DNA from: Zootoca vivipara
Lineage: Eukaryota
Reading direction: 5' to 3'
Length of the DNA: 64,000 nt
Assembly (NCBI RefSeq): GCF_963506605.1
Contig: NC_083281.1
Coordinates: 17,174,001 to 17,238,000 of the forward strand
Position 1 is the stretch's first letter, and the number at the start of each line of letters is the position of its first letter. This document shows positions 16,786 to 47,223 of this stretch, one piece after another. The notes under the pieces were generated by a model. The model was not told where the DNA came from, ran no database searches, and worked only from the letters and a program-made list of their open reading frames with translations. A program made the position numbers and the translations under genes.

Positions 16786-18864
16786 TAAACTTTATTTTTC
16801 TAGTATCCTTTCAGTGTCACTATATAGCCTTGCTTCTCCCACCTTACAATCAGCGACAGAAATGAGGATGGAAACTTTGTACCTGGGATGCAACATTTTA
16901 TTGAAACAATGCAATGAGAGTCTGTTTCCTCTTTAAACACATTCCTGCCCTTAGCTCTTCCCTTCATCTTCTTCCTTCCATCTTTGAAGGCATACCCTGG
17001 AGTACCCTAAAGCAAACAAACTTGTCCTTCTCTTGCTCCCAACTCCTTTTGCCGTACAATGAACCAAGGACTCTGTTTCCTCATGGATACCATTCTTTCC
17101 TCTTGGCATACACCCATTGTGAATGATCGGAGGACAGCAGAAAAAGAATCCTTGACTTAAGATTCTCACAGAAGAAAGGAAAATAAAAAGTACGTGAATT
17201 GCTCGTGTGATCAGCATTTGCTTCTACATCACCGGTTCGTGACCCAGGGGAGGGAATACCTGAAACAAAATCTCAGAACCAAGAGAATGAGAGCAATCTC
17301 AGCATCCTGCAGAGACCTAGTTTATTCAAACTATTGCAATAAGACAGCCTTGCTAACCAGTTGTTCAGCAGAACGGCCAGTTCGAAAAGGCTGCCAGGAG
17401 GCATATTAGAAGAAAGCTTATATACACAGCACACAAAGACTCATAAAATGCCACAACACTCTTTCACTTGCATCAAGAAAGGTCACAGGTCATGGGACTT
17501 GTGGCTTAATGTGGATATCGACTCCTCTGAAATTACCTTGCGGTGTCCCAGAGTGCCCAGGTAATTTGGGTCTCTTATGTCTCACTTTGACACCATGCCC
17601 ATGGCAACCAGGCCTTCTATGGGACTGTTGACATTTCAATCCCATATCTTACTTCCCTGGTACCAAAAGATGACAAAGACCTTTGAGGAGAGATGTGAGT
17701 TCACACCCTGGTGGTAGCTCAACTCCTCCCTCTTTCCCAAAACATCACCTGCCCTTCTAGGGTCAGATAAGGCTGGAAGTGGTAGGCAATGTAAACATCA
17801 CAGCTTTACACAATGCAGGAGGGTGGCATGAGGATTACAAAATGCAGGCATACAAAAACCATGCCTCATACGTTCTATCGAAAAGGCTAAATGCAATAAG
17901 TACTAGGACACTTTGAACAGAATCAAAATCTATTAATATTATATTAATATAGTATCTAACATTAACTGAACTATCACAATTTTTACACTAAGTCCTTCCT
18001 AGGAAAGCTCGGCATGGACAGCAACCTCATCAGTGTCGCCAAATCACTCTTATTCCTCTCCCCAGGTATGACGTGAAGAAAATATTCAATGAATGAGTCT
18101 TTATTTGCATCAGCCACCGGCCTACCAATAAAGAACAATATGATATACAAAGAATAAAGATAAAAAGTCCGTTATATAAAATGCATTGTAGGATTTTGAG
18201 TCAATAGTCAAATAGTGGATCTTACTCTAATTGTCCCAGCTAAAAAGTTTGCAACCTTTGCTGTCACCTACTCATCTTGATCTGCCAAGAGAAAGGAAAT
18301 TGTCAAGAAGGCATGAAACACCTTGGCCAAGAACTTGCAAGTCACAGTTCTGGGTACGTAGTAGGAATTACTATGGTCTCCTAAAATTAAATCTGTATAC
18401 AGCCACTACTATAATTTGCCCCCAATGTTAGTTCTTTGATGGGAAGCGAGGCGGGCCCTGTGACTGAAGCTCTTTCCACATTCTTGGCACTGGAATAACA
18501 ACAACAGCAACAACATATTTATACCCAGCCCATCTGGCTGGGTTTTCCCAGCCACTCTGGACGGCTTTCAAAAGAATATTAAAATGCAATAATCTATTAA
18601 ACATTAAAAGCTCCCCTAAACAGGGCTACCTTCAGATGTCTTCTAAAAGTCTGGTAGTTGTTTTTCTCTTTGACATCTGGTGGGAGGGCGTTCCACAGAG
18701 CGGGTGCCACTACCGAAAATGCCCTCTGCCTCGTTCCCTGTAACTTGGCTTCTCGCAGTGAGGGAGCCACCAGAAGGCTCTCTGCGCTGGACCTCAGTGT
18801 CCGGGCAGAACAATGGGGGTAGAGATGTTCCTTCAGGTATACTGGACCGAGGCTGTTTAGGGCT

Positions 18865-25653
<6,789 letters not shown>

Positions 25654-26173
25654 CTCTGTTCTCAGGAAACCTCCAAGAAATCAAAATAAGTCTCTATGTC
25701 TTCTGCCAAGTTCTGTCTGTTCTAATGAGAGGTTTTAGCAAATCCTAAAAAGCAAATACATTTTTCTGATAAAAATTAATACACAATCAGGTGAATATAA
25801 ATGTTCCCTGGGCAAGCATGGATGAGTCTTGCTAGGAACCAGGGCTGGACTGCACCACAACTCAGAGTGCGCTTTCTTTAAAAAATAAAGGAAGTCAGAA
25901 TGTATGAGTGAGTTATTTGTACTAAGTGTAACTGATACACTCACACACCCAAATGTCAGGGCACATTTCTTTCCTGCTTCTGCCTCATGTTCCAGCACTT
26001 GGATTCTACCACATTCTCAAGACTCCTGGGCTGGGTCCCACTTTCTTTATTCTGAGGGTCAGATCTTTACCTGGCCAACCGCCTAAGGACCAGAGCTTCA
26101 CCTGGCCAAATAACACGTGGGTGGGACCAAATAACTTGTGGGTGGGGCCAAAGGACACTGTTTAAAAAAGATA

Positions 26174-26349
26174 CAGTGGTACCTCGGGTTGTGGACCTGA
26201 TCCATTCCGGGGTGCCGTTTGCACCCTGAAAAGTCCGCAACCTGAGCAGAGCTTTCGCACATGCATGTGCGCATGCGGAGGAACCCAGAAGTAAAGACGG
26301 GTCCCTGAAAAGACGCAACCCGCAGCGGACGCAACCTGAGGTATGAATG
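26174..26349. mobile_element. Tc1/mariner (Tigger-like) MITE
   Basis: TA|cagtggtacctcgggttg...caacctgaggtatgaatg|TA; empty site in paralog D near 46560. Confidence 0.82.
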
Positions 26350-27749
26350 TATAGGATTTGCCTTCTTTCTGTGATTAGTTTTATACTCTTCTTAATATTG
26401 TGATTTACTTTTTTAATAAGGGAATTTTGGGTGAACAGCAAGTAATTGATTATGATGATGGAGGGGGGGGGAGCTTGTCACAGGAGGAGGGGAGACCCCT
26501 ATTCCTCTTCACCAGCCAGAATCATCCCTACCTCTTGACCTCCCTCATCCCACCCTCCTGCCTCTGGGTCTAGATTGCTCTCTGCCACAGATTCTCCCCG
26601 CTCACTAAGCACCGTTACCTCTTCAGCTTCAGCTACCTCCTCCTCCCAGTCTTCTCCCTCTGACCACTCATCATTGCCCCCTGGCCCAGAGCCGCCTTCC
26701 CCAGCTGGTTCCCCTCACCATTCCGCTGTGCTACCCCAGTCCATGCAGCTCCCTCCTTGCATCCTTTATTCTGTTACCACCAGGTTGGGCTCTGCTTTTC
26801 TTTAGGGTGAAGACAGTCCATCCTCCTGTTCTCTCAGGTGACAACCTGGGGCCTCTTCTGGGAAGCCCACCAACAAGGCTGGAGCCCAAGGGCAACTCTC
26901 TCTCCCTGCTCTTCCCAGCAGCTGGCATTCAGAAGCATGGCTGCCTCCAACTGGGGGGGAGGGCAGGAGCCATTGCTAACCCACTGCTCCTCCCTGAATT
27001 GGCCTCATCCTCTTCTAAAGCCATCTTGCTTGGTGGCCATCCCTTCCTACTGTTGATGGGAGTTCCATGGGTCTAACTGTGCACTGTGACATGGAAGGAC
27101 TTTGTTTATCATAGAGGCCAAGGTTTTAGTTCTACCTCCAAAGGTGTCCATCTGGCTGCCACCTGGGCTAATGAACGTGACTGTTTCCTCAATCCCATCG
27201 GGGTTCCTTTGCATGCCCTTTACTTCCTGACTCAGTGACACCCCCCCCCCTCTCCAAAGGAGCAAGCGGTGTCTAAGGAAGAAGAGAGTTGCAGACCGAG
27301 TCCTGCTACTTGCAGCCTCCCTGGTTTTGCAGAGAGGAAGCGGGGCAGAACCTCTTGTCCCTGGCTTGGGGATCCCCCTGCAGGAGCTGCGCATGCTCCC
27401 CATGGACCCGCCCCCATGCAGCCCTGGGACAACCCCGCCCCACTTTTCCCCCAATGCACCCTAAGGCAGAAAAGAGAGGAAACTCACCAGGTCCCGGAAG
27501 GGAAACTGAGGCAGCCCCTGCAGAGGAGACGAAAGCCACCTTCTTCCTCTTGCAGGGAGGAACCTGGGAAAGTGGACGGGGCTTTGGCTCGGGAGGACCT
27601 CGCTCCCTTTATTTCCTATCCACTCTAGGAATGCATCTCAGTTCCTTTTAACCCTTGCAAGCTGGAGCAAACCAAACTCACATTCTCTCTCTCTCTCTGA
27701 GGAGCCCAGGAGGATCCACGTGAATTGCAGAAATAAACCCGAATAAGGC

Positions 27750-27870
27750 AGGAGAGCTCAGTTGGTTGAACACGAGTCTCTTTGATCTCAGGGTCTTGGG
27801 TTCGAGCCCCAGGTTGGGCAAGAGATTCCTGCGTGGCCGGGGGTTGGGCTAGATTTATTAGGGGTGTCCC
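27750..27870 (+). mobile_element. tRNA-Lys-derived SINE (paralog of 13531)
   Basis: Near-identical to 13531-13652. Confidence 0.75.
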
Positions 27871-27881
27871 TAATAATGACG

Positions 27882-27944
27882 CCTGGCGTGCTATGGTCCA
27901 TGGGGTCACGAAGAGTCGGACACGACTAAACGACTAAACAACAA
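27882..27944 (+). mobile_element. Extremely 5'-truncated BovB insertion (about 63 bp)
   Basis: Identical by eye to the 3' end of the BovB at 58857-58920; TSD aataatgacg (27872-27881, 27945-27954); empty in paralogs. Confidence 0.9.
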
Positions 27945-28670
27945 AATAATGACGACTCCATGGCCCTCTTGGCTGGCTTTCTGCGCTGTTCCTTCGAAAC
28001 CTTGCAAAGCGGAGCTCCCCAGGCTCCCTTCTCTCTCTCTCAGGAGCCAGGCACCCAGAGGGGTCTTCTTTTGGGGACCCTCCTGGCTGCCCTGCACCCT
28101 CCCCTGCAGCCCTGGGACTCCCCCCATCTCCCCAACGAGAAATGAGACTCACCGGATCCCAGAAGGCGGAGCAGAGAGACAACAGCCCCCCTCCCCTTGC
28201 AGAAAGGGGGAGCCTCCTCCCTTTATTCCTGGTCCTCTCTAGAAATCCAGCTCAGTTCCTTTTAACCCTTGGCGAGCCGGGCGCACCCATCTCCCCCCTC
28301 TCTCCCTCTGCCAAGCAGGCTCCCCGGGCATGGCCTGCACCCATCGGGGTCTTATTTGGGGGGCCCTCTGGGCTGGCTTCTGAGCTGTTCCCTCTCTTGG
28401 ATACAGAAGCAGGAGGAGCACGAAAGGCCCGAATGGGGACAGGCTCTGCAAAGACATCCTCCGGGCACCAGCCTGGCTTTCATTTTGATGCCAACAGCAC
28501 CCTGAAAGAACTGAGACCTGAACTCTGAGGTCAAACACTGCCTTAAAATCGCACCAGCCTCTTCCACATTTGAAAATGGAAGCAATTACTTCCAGTTTTT
28601 CGGCATTCGAAAACTGAATCGTTCAGCTTCGAAGACGCTAAAAAACCGAGGTTCCGCTGTACAGTATATC

Positions 28671-30369
28671 AAATAGAATAGAATAGAATAGAATAGAATA
28701 CACACACACACATACACCCATCACAACTCCGGGATCATATTATTTAGTTACAGCATTTAAGATGGTTATAGCTCTTGCATAGACACTTTTTTAATCTATT
28801 CGTTCTTGATTGAATTGTTCTGTATCTCTTGCCCGAAGGCAACGGTGCAAAAAGACTATATCCAGGATGAGATGAATCCTGTAAAATATTATTTGCTTTT
28901 TGAAGGCAATGGGAGTTGTATAGTTCTTCCAGAGATGGCAGAGGATGACCGATAATCTTTTGGGCTGTGATTATGATCTTCTGGAGCACTTTCCTATCCA
29001 TGACTGTGAAGCTGGAAAACCAAGCACAGATACAGTATGTAAGAATGTTCTCTATGGAGCCTCGGTAGAAGGACACCAGCAGTCTCTCACTCAGCTTGTT
29101 CTTTTTTTTAAAGTCTGAGGAAATATATTCTCCGCTGGGCCTTCTTCACCAGAGCAGTGGTATTCGCACTCCAGGTCATTCTCTGCTCGATGGTAACACC
29201 CAAGAACTTAAACACAGCCACCCTCTCCACCCGGTCCCTGCCAATATACAGGGGCTGAATGTCCACCTTTTTCTTCCTGTAGTCCACCACCAGTTCCTTG
29301 GTCTTGACAGTATTAAGGACCAGATTATTATCTCCACATCAACCATAGAGCTGCTCCACCTCATCCTGATAGTCGGACTCATCCCCCCCAGAAATGAGCC
29401 CCACCACAGTGGTGTCATCAGCAAACTTGATGATTTTGTTGCTAGAGTGGATAGCTGTACAATCATAAGTGTAGAGCAGGCATCCCCAAACTTCGTCCCT
29501 CCAGATGTTTTGGACTACAATTCCCATCATCCCCGACCACTGGTCCTGTTAGCTAGGGATCATGGGAGTTGTAGGCCAAAACATCTGGAGGGCCGCAGTT
29601 TGGGGATGCCTGGTGTAGAGGGTATAGAGCAGGGGACTCAACACACAACCCTGTGGGGAGCCGGTGTTAAGGCTAAGGGCTGTGGACATATATGACCCTA
29701 CTCTAACCCTCTGGGAGTGGTCCGACAGAAACTTCAAAACCCAGAGACAAATGGAGTTAGAAAGTCCAAGCGCCTCTAGTTTGGACATCAGTCTATGGGG
29801 GAGGATAGTGTTAAAAGCAGAGCTAAAGTCCATGAACACCAGCCTCACATAACTCCCCAGCTGCTCCAGATGGGACAGAGCGGCATGGAGTGTGGTAGTG
29901 AGGGCATACTCCGTGGATCAATTCACCCTGTATGCAAACTGGGAGTTGTCAAATGTCGATGGAAGACAGGAAATGATGTAACTCCGTACCAGTTTCTCAA
30001 AACACTTCATAATAATCGGAGTAAGTGCAACTGGTCTGTGGTCATTCAGACTACTAATTGTGGATTTTTTTGGCAGAGGAACAATAGTTGATGACTTCAG
30101 GCAGGGTGGGATAATAGACTGGTGTAGGGACTTGTTGAAGATCTTAGTAAAGACCCTCGCCAGCTGGTCCGCACAGCCCCTCAACACCCGTCCAGTGATG
30201 CCATCAGGGCCAACAGCCTTCCTTGGATTCAGAGACCTCAGTACCTGCCTCACCTTATGCTCTTCTACAGTAAATGAGGGGCCACTCTGGGCTGGTAGCT
30301 GTAATACAGCCTTCTCTGGTGGCTCTCTCTCAAAGCGAGCGAAGAAGAAATTAAGCTCCTCCGCCAGTG
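28671..30369 (-). mobile_element. Rex1/Babar copy with nested hAT MITE at 29477-29612 (part of the duplicate)
   Basis: Same sequence as 3190-4888. Confidence 0.9.
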
Positions 30370-32748
30370 AACTTTATTCGCCTAGTATCCTTTAGATGTC
30401 ACTATATAACCTTGCTTCTCCCGCCTTACAATCAGTGTTGGAAATGAGAATGGGAACTTTGTACCTGGGATGCAACATTTCATGGAAGCAATGCAATCAG
30501 ATGCTATTCTCTATTAAACACATTCCTGCCCTTAGCGCTCTTCCCTTCGTCTCCTTCCTTCCATCTTTGAAGACGCTAGTCAGGACAGATCCACTTCCTC
30601 CCATGGAGAAAGAACTTGGATTAGAGAAGCTCCCATCCCATCGCCAGCCCTCTTGTTATCCTAAGAAATTGATGGTCATGTCATTAAAGATCATCTTCAA
30701 TGGGATCTCTGTGGGTTGGAGAAATCAATTTGCCCGCAACCCTTACACCTTGGACTCCACACCAATGCAACTCCCCTCACCTTGCAAAATGACGGATCCA
30801 TGGCGTTTAGGACCCCCCACAATCCTAGGGGTGTAAGAAATCCAGACTTGCCTTGCATAGAGCTTCCTCCTCCTCCTCCTGTTGCTGCTTGTATAGGGAA
30901 CCCGGTTGCAACAGAATAAACGACCATTGCCTTTGCTTCGCTTCTCCTTGGTGGGAGTTCACCCATCCTTCCGACCACTGAGGAGCCTGATAGGGTTTCC
31001 CGAACCATCAGTGTATTTTTACAACCATTTCAACCCCTCACATCAATTGTTGCTTTGTAAATGTTTTTCTCTCTCACTCTGTGCGCACACACTTGTGCAA
31101 TGAGTAGAGTGTTTGCTTAACTGCTCAACTTCGAAAATGAAGAGGACAGCACTTGACTTAAGCTTCTCACAGACGAAAGATTGAAACTACTGCCTTTTAT
31201 GGCAAACATGCTCTGTGTGTGTTCAGAAGATACCAGGAAGAGCTTCAAGCAGACACTGCCACCATCCTGGTCATGCCAAGGCTGACTATGGCAAACAGGA
31301 ATAGAACAGAACAGAAATGTAGAGTAGAAAGGCACCCCCAACTACTGACAATGCAGGAATCTCAACTCAATGAGAGATGGGTCATCCAACATCTGATTAA
31401 AAACCTCCCAAGAAGAAGAGGACACCACCTTCTGACGGAGTCTGTTCTACTGTTGAAGAGTTCTTACTGTCAGAGAGATCTTCCTGAAGTTTAATCAGAA
31501 CCCCATTCCAGGATCTTTAGGCCACTGGTTCATATCCTAACCTCCAGAGCAGGAGAAAAAAGGAGCACCACCAATTTGCAGCTTTGAGGAGCTGAAAGAG
31601 GAAGCACCTTGAGCCTCCCTAATCATGCTGTGAAAACCCAGGCATCTTCAGATCAAGGGCGGTACCTGTATACAAATTGAATAGCAATAGAAATAATGAA
31701 GTATGTGAATTGCTCATGTGGTAAGAATTTGCTTCCACATCACCAGTTCGTGACCCAGGGGAGGGAACACCTGAAACAAAAACTCAGAACCAAGAGAATG
31801 AGAGCAATCTCAGCACCCTGCAGGGACCCGGTTTATGCAAACTTGTATTGCAATAGGAAAGCCTTGCTAACCTGTTGTTCTGCAGAACGGCTAGCTTGAA
31901 AAGGCTGCTAGGAGGCACGTTAGAAGAAACTTATATGCACAACACTGAAGACTCATAAAACATCAGAAAAAGGTCACAGGTCATGGGGCACGTGGTTCCA
32001 TGCGGGTATGGACTCCCCTGATATTACCTTGCAGTGTCCCAGAGTGCCCAGGCCATTTGGGTCTCTTATGTGTCACTTTGACACCATGCCCATGGCAACC
32101 AGGCCTTCCATGGGACTGTTGACATTCCAATCCCCTATCTTACTTCCCTGGTACCAAAACATGTCAAAGGGGTTTGAGGAGAGATGTGAGTTCACACCGT
32201 GGTGGTAGCTCAACACCTCCCTCTTTCCCAAAACATCACCTGCCCTTCTAGGGTCAGATAAGGCTGGAAGTGGTAGGCAATGTACACATCACAGCTTTAC
32301 ACAGTGCAGGAGGGTGGCATGAAGGTTACAAAATGCAGACCCATAAAAATCAAGCCTAATACATTTGATCTAAGAGGCTAAATGCAATTAATACTAGGAC
32401 ACTTTGAACAATATCAAAATCTATAATATTTAATATTCAATCAACTATCAAAATTTTTACTCCAAGTCCTTCCAAGGAAAGTTGAACATGGACGGCAACT
32501 TCATCAGTCTCGCCCAATTGCTCTTATCACTCTGTTCAGCCATGACGTGAAGAAGGTATTAAACACCTTGGCCAAGGACTTGCAAGTCACAGTTCCGGGT
32601 ACATAGTAGGAAGAGATATGGGGCACCAGATGTGGCAAAGAACCCAGCTACAATCCTCACCTCACACTGACTGAAGTCTCCTAAAATTAAATCTGTATAT
32701 AGTAACTTTTATAGTTCTCCCCCACTGTGAGTTCTTTGATCGGAAACA

Positions 32749-33221
32749 TCAGGGAGTTGTTCGGGCTACTCCCGAGTAAAGATGCTCCAGTCCACACTGT
32801 CTTAAAGAGTTTTATTGTGCATACTATTTACAGTGCAGAGATAGCAGAAAACATGGCCACCTAGTCACTTTCAGAGTCCGGCAATGGCTTTCGTCTGCTT
32901 CAGGGCCAGCATAAAAGCCTGGGCACCCCGAAACGCCGTCCCTTAGCCCTACGTGAGGGTGCGCACTTCAATTCGGGCGCCGGATGGAGAGGTCTCCCCT
33001 CTTGCTGGTTGGGGCAGCGCCTGGGCTCTGATGTCTCGCTAAGCCCCTCATCCGCTGTCCCTCGACCAGAGCGTTGCCAGGGCTCGGACGCCTCACTGAG
33101 CCCTCCCCCCATTCCGCTCCATTCCTCGTTCCCTCCTCCTGACTCGCTGCTCATGCTATTGCTGGGTGAAGTGCTAGTCAGGATGACGGGGGGAGGCTCC
33201 CTGTAGGGAGTACCCCTGACA
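32749..33221 (-). mobile_element. Solo LTR (duplicate of 7268-7740)
   Basis: Same sequence and flanks. Confidence 0.75.
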
Positions 33222-33273
33222 GGAAACAAGACAGGCCTTGTTGACAGAAGCTTTTTCCACATTCTAAGCAGTG

Positions 33274-37706
<4,433 letters not shown>

Positions 37707-39215
37707 CTTCTGGACATGCGTAGAAGCAACTTCCGATGCCGCTGTGCCCATTTCCAAAATGTCCGCAGCGCCAGAAGTCGCTTCTACGCATGTCTGGAAG
37801 TGCATAGAAGCAACTCCTGGTGCCGCGGCACTGCTGATCCCGGATTTTTCAATCCGGAACTTGGCACCTATGCTGTTACCTCTTCAGATTCAGATACCTC
37901 CTCCTCCCAGTCTTCTCCCTCTGACCACTCATCATTGCCCCCAAACCCCTCCCCTGGCCCAGAGCCGCCTTCCCTTGCAGGTTCCCCAACTGGTTCCCCT
38001 CACCATTCCGCTGTGCTAACCCAGTCAATGCAGCTCCCTCCTTGCATCCTTTATTCTGTTACCACCAGGTTGGGCTCTGCTTTTCTTTAGGGTGAAGACA
38101 GTCCAGCCTCCTGTTCTCACTGAGGCCAACCAGGGGCCTCTTCTAGGAAGCCCACCAGCAGGGCTGGAGCCCAAGAGCAACCCTCTCTCCCTGCACTTCC
38201 CAGCAGCTGGCATTCAGGAGCACGGCTGCCTCCAACTGTGTGGTAGAGGAGCCATCGCTAACCCTCTGCTCCTCCCTGAATTGGCTTCATCCTCTTCTAA
38301 AGCCATCTCGCTTGGTGGCCATCCCTTCCTCCTGTGGATGGGAGTTCCATGGGTCTAACTGCGTACTGCGACATAGGACTTTATTTATTTCTACCTCCAA
38401 AGGTGTCCATCTGGCTGCCACCTGGGCTAATTAACGTGACTGTTTCCTCAATCCCATCGGGATTCCTTTTCATACCCTTTTCTTCCTGACTCGGTGACCC
38501 CTCCTCCCCAAAGGGACAAGCGGCATCTTGATGCTAAGGAAAAAGAGAGTTGCAGACCTCCTGCTACTTGCAGCCTCCCTAGTTTTACAGAGAGGAAGCG
38601 GGGCAGAACCTCTTGTCCCTGGCTTGGGGATCCCCCTGCAGGAGCTGAGCAGGCTCCCCATGGACCCGCCCCCTGCAGCCCTGCGACACCCCCGCCCCAC
38701 TTCTCCCCAATGCACCCTAAGCCAGAAAAGAGAGGAAACTCACCAGGTCCCTGAAGGGAAACTGAGGCAGCTCCTGCAGAGGGGACGAAAGCCACCTTCC
38801 CCCTCTTGCAGGGAGGAACCCGGGAAAGTGGGCGGGGCTTTGGCTCGGGAGGACCTCGCTCCCTTCATTTTCTGTCCTCTCTAGGAATGCATCTCAGTTC
38901 CTTTTAACCCTTGCAAGCTGGAGCAAACCAAACTCACATTCTCTCTCTCTCTCTCTCTCTGAGGAGCCCAGGAGGATCCACGTGAATTGCAGAAATAAAC
39001 CCGAATAAGGCAGGAGAGCTCAGTTGGTTGAACACGAGTCTCTTTGATCTCAGGGTCTTGGGTTCGAGCCCCAGGTTGGGCAAGAGATTCCTGCGTGGCC
39101 GGGGGTTAGGCTAGATGACTTTGGGGTGTACCTTATAATGACGACTCCATGGGCCTCTTGGCTGGCTTTCTGCGCTGTTCCTTTGAACCCTTGCAAAGCG
39201 GCGCTCCCCAGGCTC

Positions 39216-39218
<3 letters not shown>

Positions 39219-39300
<82 letters not shown>
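39219..39300 (+). repeat. (CT)n microsatellite, about 40 units
   Basis: Direct; only about 6 units in the A and C paralogs. Confidence 0.97.
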
Positions 39301-39303
<3 letters not shown>

Positions 39304-40002
39304 AGGAGCCAGGCACCCAGAGGGGTCTTCTTTGGGGGACCCTCCTGGCTGCCCTTCACTCTCCCCTGCAGCCCTGGGACTCCCCCATCTCCCCAACGAG
39401 AAAGGAGACTCACCGGATCCTAGAAGGCGCCACTGAGGCAGTCCTTGCGGAGCAGAGACACAACAGCCTCCCCTCCAATGCAGGAAGGGATGGGGGGGGG
39501 CTTTGCTCTGTGGGGCCTCCTCCTTTATTCCCGGTCCTCTGTTCCTTTTAACCCTTGGCGAGCCGGGCGCACCCAACTCCCCGCCCTCTCCCTCTGCAAA
39601 GCAGGACCCCCGGGCACGGCCTGCACCCATGGGGGTCTTTTGGGGGGACCCTCTGGGCTGGCTTCTGAGCTGTTCCCTCCCTTGGAAACAGAAGCAGGAG
39701 GAGCGCGAAAGGCCCGGACGGGGAGAGGCTCTGCAACAAGCTCTCCGGGCTCCAGCCTGGCTTTCATTTTGATGCCAACAGCACCCTGAAAGGACTGAGA
39801 CCTGAACTCTGAGGTCTAACACTGCCAGAAAACCGCATCAGCCTTTTCCCAACCCCATTTCCTTTGACATTACTCTCTTTATTTTCCCTTCCTAATAAAG
39901 CATTTTACTTTTAACATTTGCTACTTTCCCAAATAAATACAACCCTTTTTGTGATATGTGGAAGCTCAGTCTAGATAAATTTACATATAACTATTTGTAT
40001 CA

Positions 40003-40359
40003 GGACGCAGGTGGCGCTGTGGTCTAAACCACAGAGCCTTGGGCTTGCCGATCAGAAGGTAGGTGGTTTGGTGGTTCGAATCCCCGTGACGGGGTGAGCT
40101 CCCATTGCTCGGTCCCAGCTTCTGCCAACCTAGCATTTCGAAAGCACGTCAAAGTGCAAGTAGATAAATAGGTACAGCTCCAAGCGGGAAGGTAAACTGC
40201 GTTTCCGTGCGCTGCTCTGGTTCACCAGAAGCGGCTTAGTCTTGCTGGCCACATGACCTTGAAGCTGTACGCCGGCTCCCTTGGCCAATAACGCGAGATG
40301 AGCACCGAAACCCCAGAGTGTCACGACCAGACCTAATGGTCAAGGGTCCCTTTACCTTT
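40003..40359 (+). mobile_element. Full-length Sauria SINE (Squam1)
   Basis: ggacgcaggtggcgctgtggtctaaaccac...ccctttaccttt; 14-bp TSD aactatttgtatca; empty site near 15985. Confidence 0.92.
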
Positions 40360-41552
40360 AACTATTTGTATCACCATGTAGAATTACAATCTGTTCCGGA
40401 AGACATTCGAAAATTGAGGCACAAAAAATATATATGGAAAAACACACAGCAGAAGACATCTGACGTCCGAGGTGCATTCAAAAACGGAAGCAATTACTTC
40501 CAGGTTTTTGGCATTTGAAAACCGAAACGTTCAACTTCGAAGACACTAAAAAACCAAGGTTCTATTGTATATCAAATAAACTATTTGTCTAATATCCTTT
40601 AGATGTCACTATATAACCTTGCTTCTCCCGCCTTACAATCAGTGACAGAAATGAGGATGGAAACTTTGTACCTGGGATGCAACATTTTATTGAAACAATG
40701 CAATGAGATTCTATTCCCTCCTTAAATGCATTCCTGCCCTTAGCTCTTCATCTTCTTCCTTCCATCTTTGAAGGCATACCCTGGAGTACCCTAAAGCAAA
40801 CAAACTTGTCCATCTCTTGCTCTTAACTCCCTTTGGCGTACAATGAACCAAGGACTCTGCTTCCTTATGGATACAATTCTTTCCTCTTGGCATACGCCCA
40901 TTGTGAATGATCGGAGGACAGCAGAAAGGGAATCCTTGACTTAAGCTTCTCACAGAAGAAAGGAAAATATAAAGTACGTGAATTGCTCATGTGATCAGCA
41001 TTTGCTTCTACATCACCGGTTCGTGACCCAGGGGAGGGAATACCTGAAACAAAATATCAGAACCAAGAGAATGAGAGAGCAATCTCAGCATCCTGCAGGG
41101 ACCTGGTCTATTCAAACTATTGCAATAGCACAGCCTTGCTAACCGTTCAGCAGAACGGCCAGTTCGAAAAGGCTGCCAAGAGGCATATTAGAAGAAAGCT
41201 TATATACACAGCACACAAAGACTCATAAAATGCCACAACACTCTTCCACTTGCATCAAGAAAGGTCACAGGTCATGGGACTTGTGGCTAAATGTGGATAT
41301 CGACTCCTCAGAAATTACCTTGCGGTGTCCCAGAGTACCCAGGCCATTTGGGTCTCTTATGTCTCACTTTGACACTATGCCCGTCTTTATTTGCGGCAGC
41401 CACCGGCCATACCAATAAAACAATATTATATTCAAAGAATAAAAATAAAAAGTCTGTTATATAAAATACACTGTAGGGTTTTGAGTCAATAGTCAAAAAG
41501 TGGGTCTTATTCTAATTGTCCCAGCTAAAAAGCTTGCAACCTTTGCTTCCCA

Positions 41553-46113
<4,561 letters not shown>

Positions 46114-47223
46114 CTCTGTTCTCAGGAAACCTCCAAGAAATCAAAAGAAGTCCCTACGTCTTCTGCCAAGTTCTGTCTGTCCTAATGAGAGGTTTTAGCA
46201 AATCCTAAAAAGCAAACACGCTTTTCTGATAAAAATTAATACACAATCAGGTGAATATAAATGTTCCCTGGGCAAGCATGGATGAGTCTTGCTAGGAACC
46301 AGGGCTGGACTGCACAACAACTCAGGCTGAGCTTTCTTTAAAAAAACGAAGGAAGGAAGAAGAAGGAGGAAGTCAGAATGGATGAGTGAGTCATTTGTAC
46401 ATTTCATTCCTGTTTCTGCCTCATGTTCCAGCACTTGGATTCTCCCACATTCTCAAGACTCCTGGGGTGGGTCCCTTTTTCTTTATTCTGAGGGCCAGAT
46501 CTTTACCTGGCCAAAGAACAGGTGGGTGGGACCAAAGGACAGTGTTTAAAAAAGAGAGATATAGGATTTGCCTTCTTTCTGTGGTTAATGCTTAACAAAA
46601 GTAAGAGGAGAGGTCCAAGCAGGTGCCCTGTAGATGTCAACAACTAGGAAATCACTATTGAAAATAACAGATGCTGCCAGTCCCCTGAAGAATGAGTGGT
46701 GAGTCCCCTTGAAAATAGAGGGTGAAGACACCTCCTCCCCCTTAGATGGATCTGAGAAAAATACAAACAGGGACTTTGTCGGGGGAATTCTGCTCTTCTG
46801 CCTAAGTAAAAAAAATGTATGGCAAGCCTTACAACTAGGGATCTATGTTCCTTTAAAAAAATAATATTTTTATTGACAATTTTTGAGATACAATAAGAAT
46901 CAAACAAGAATTTAAAAAAGAAAAAGAAAAGGAGGGGGGAAATGGGGGGCCCTGACTGCATGATGGGCTAGGACAGAAACAGGAAAGCACCAGTTCTTGG
47001 GTTCCATTAAAAACTGAATTACCTGTGGCTGTGAACAAAAGCCTGGCCCATGACAACCAGTACATTTGGCTAGCGATTGTCCTGAATGTTTTAACATCAG
47101 CTGAACATATGTGAAAGAAACTTCAATTAAAGATATCTTCTACACTTTCCAAAGAGGCCATCTGGCAAAGCGAGTAATGAAGAAGATTGCTTATCCATTT
47201 AAAGCATACACTTTTATGTAATA

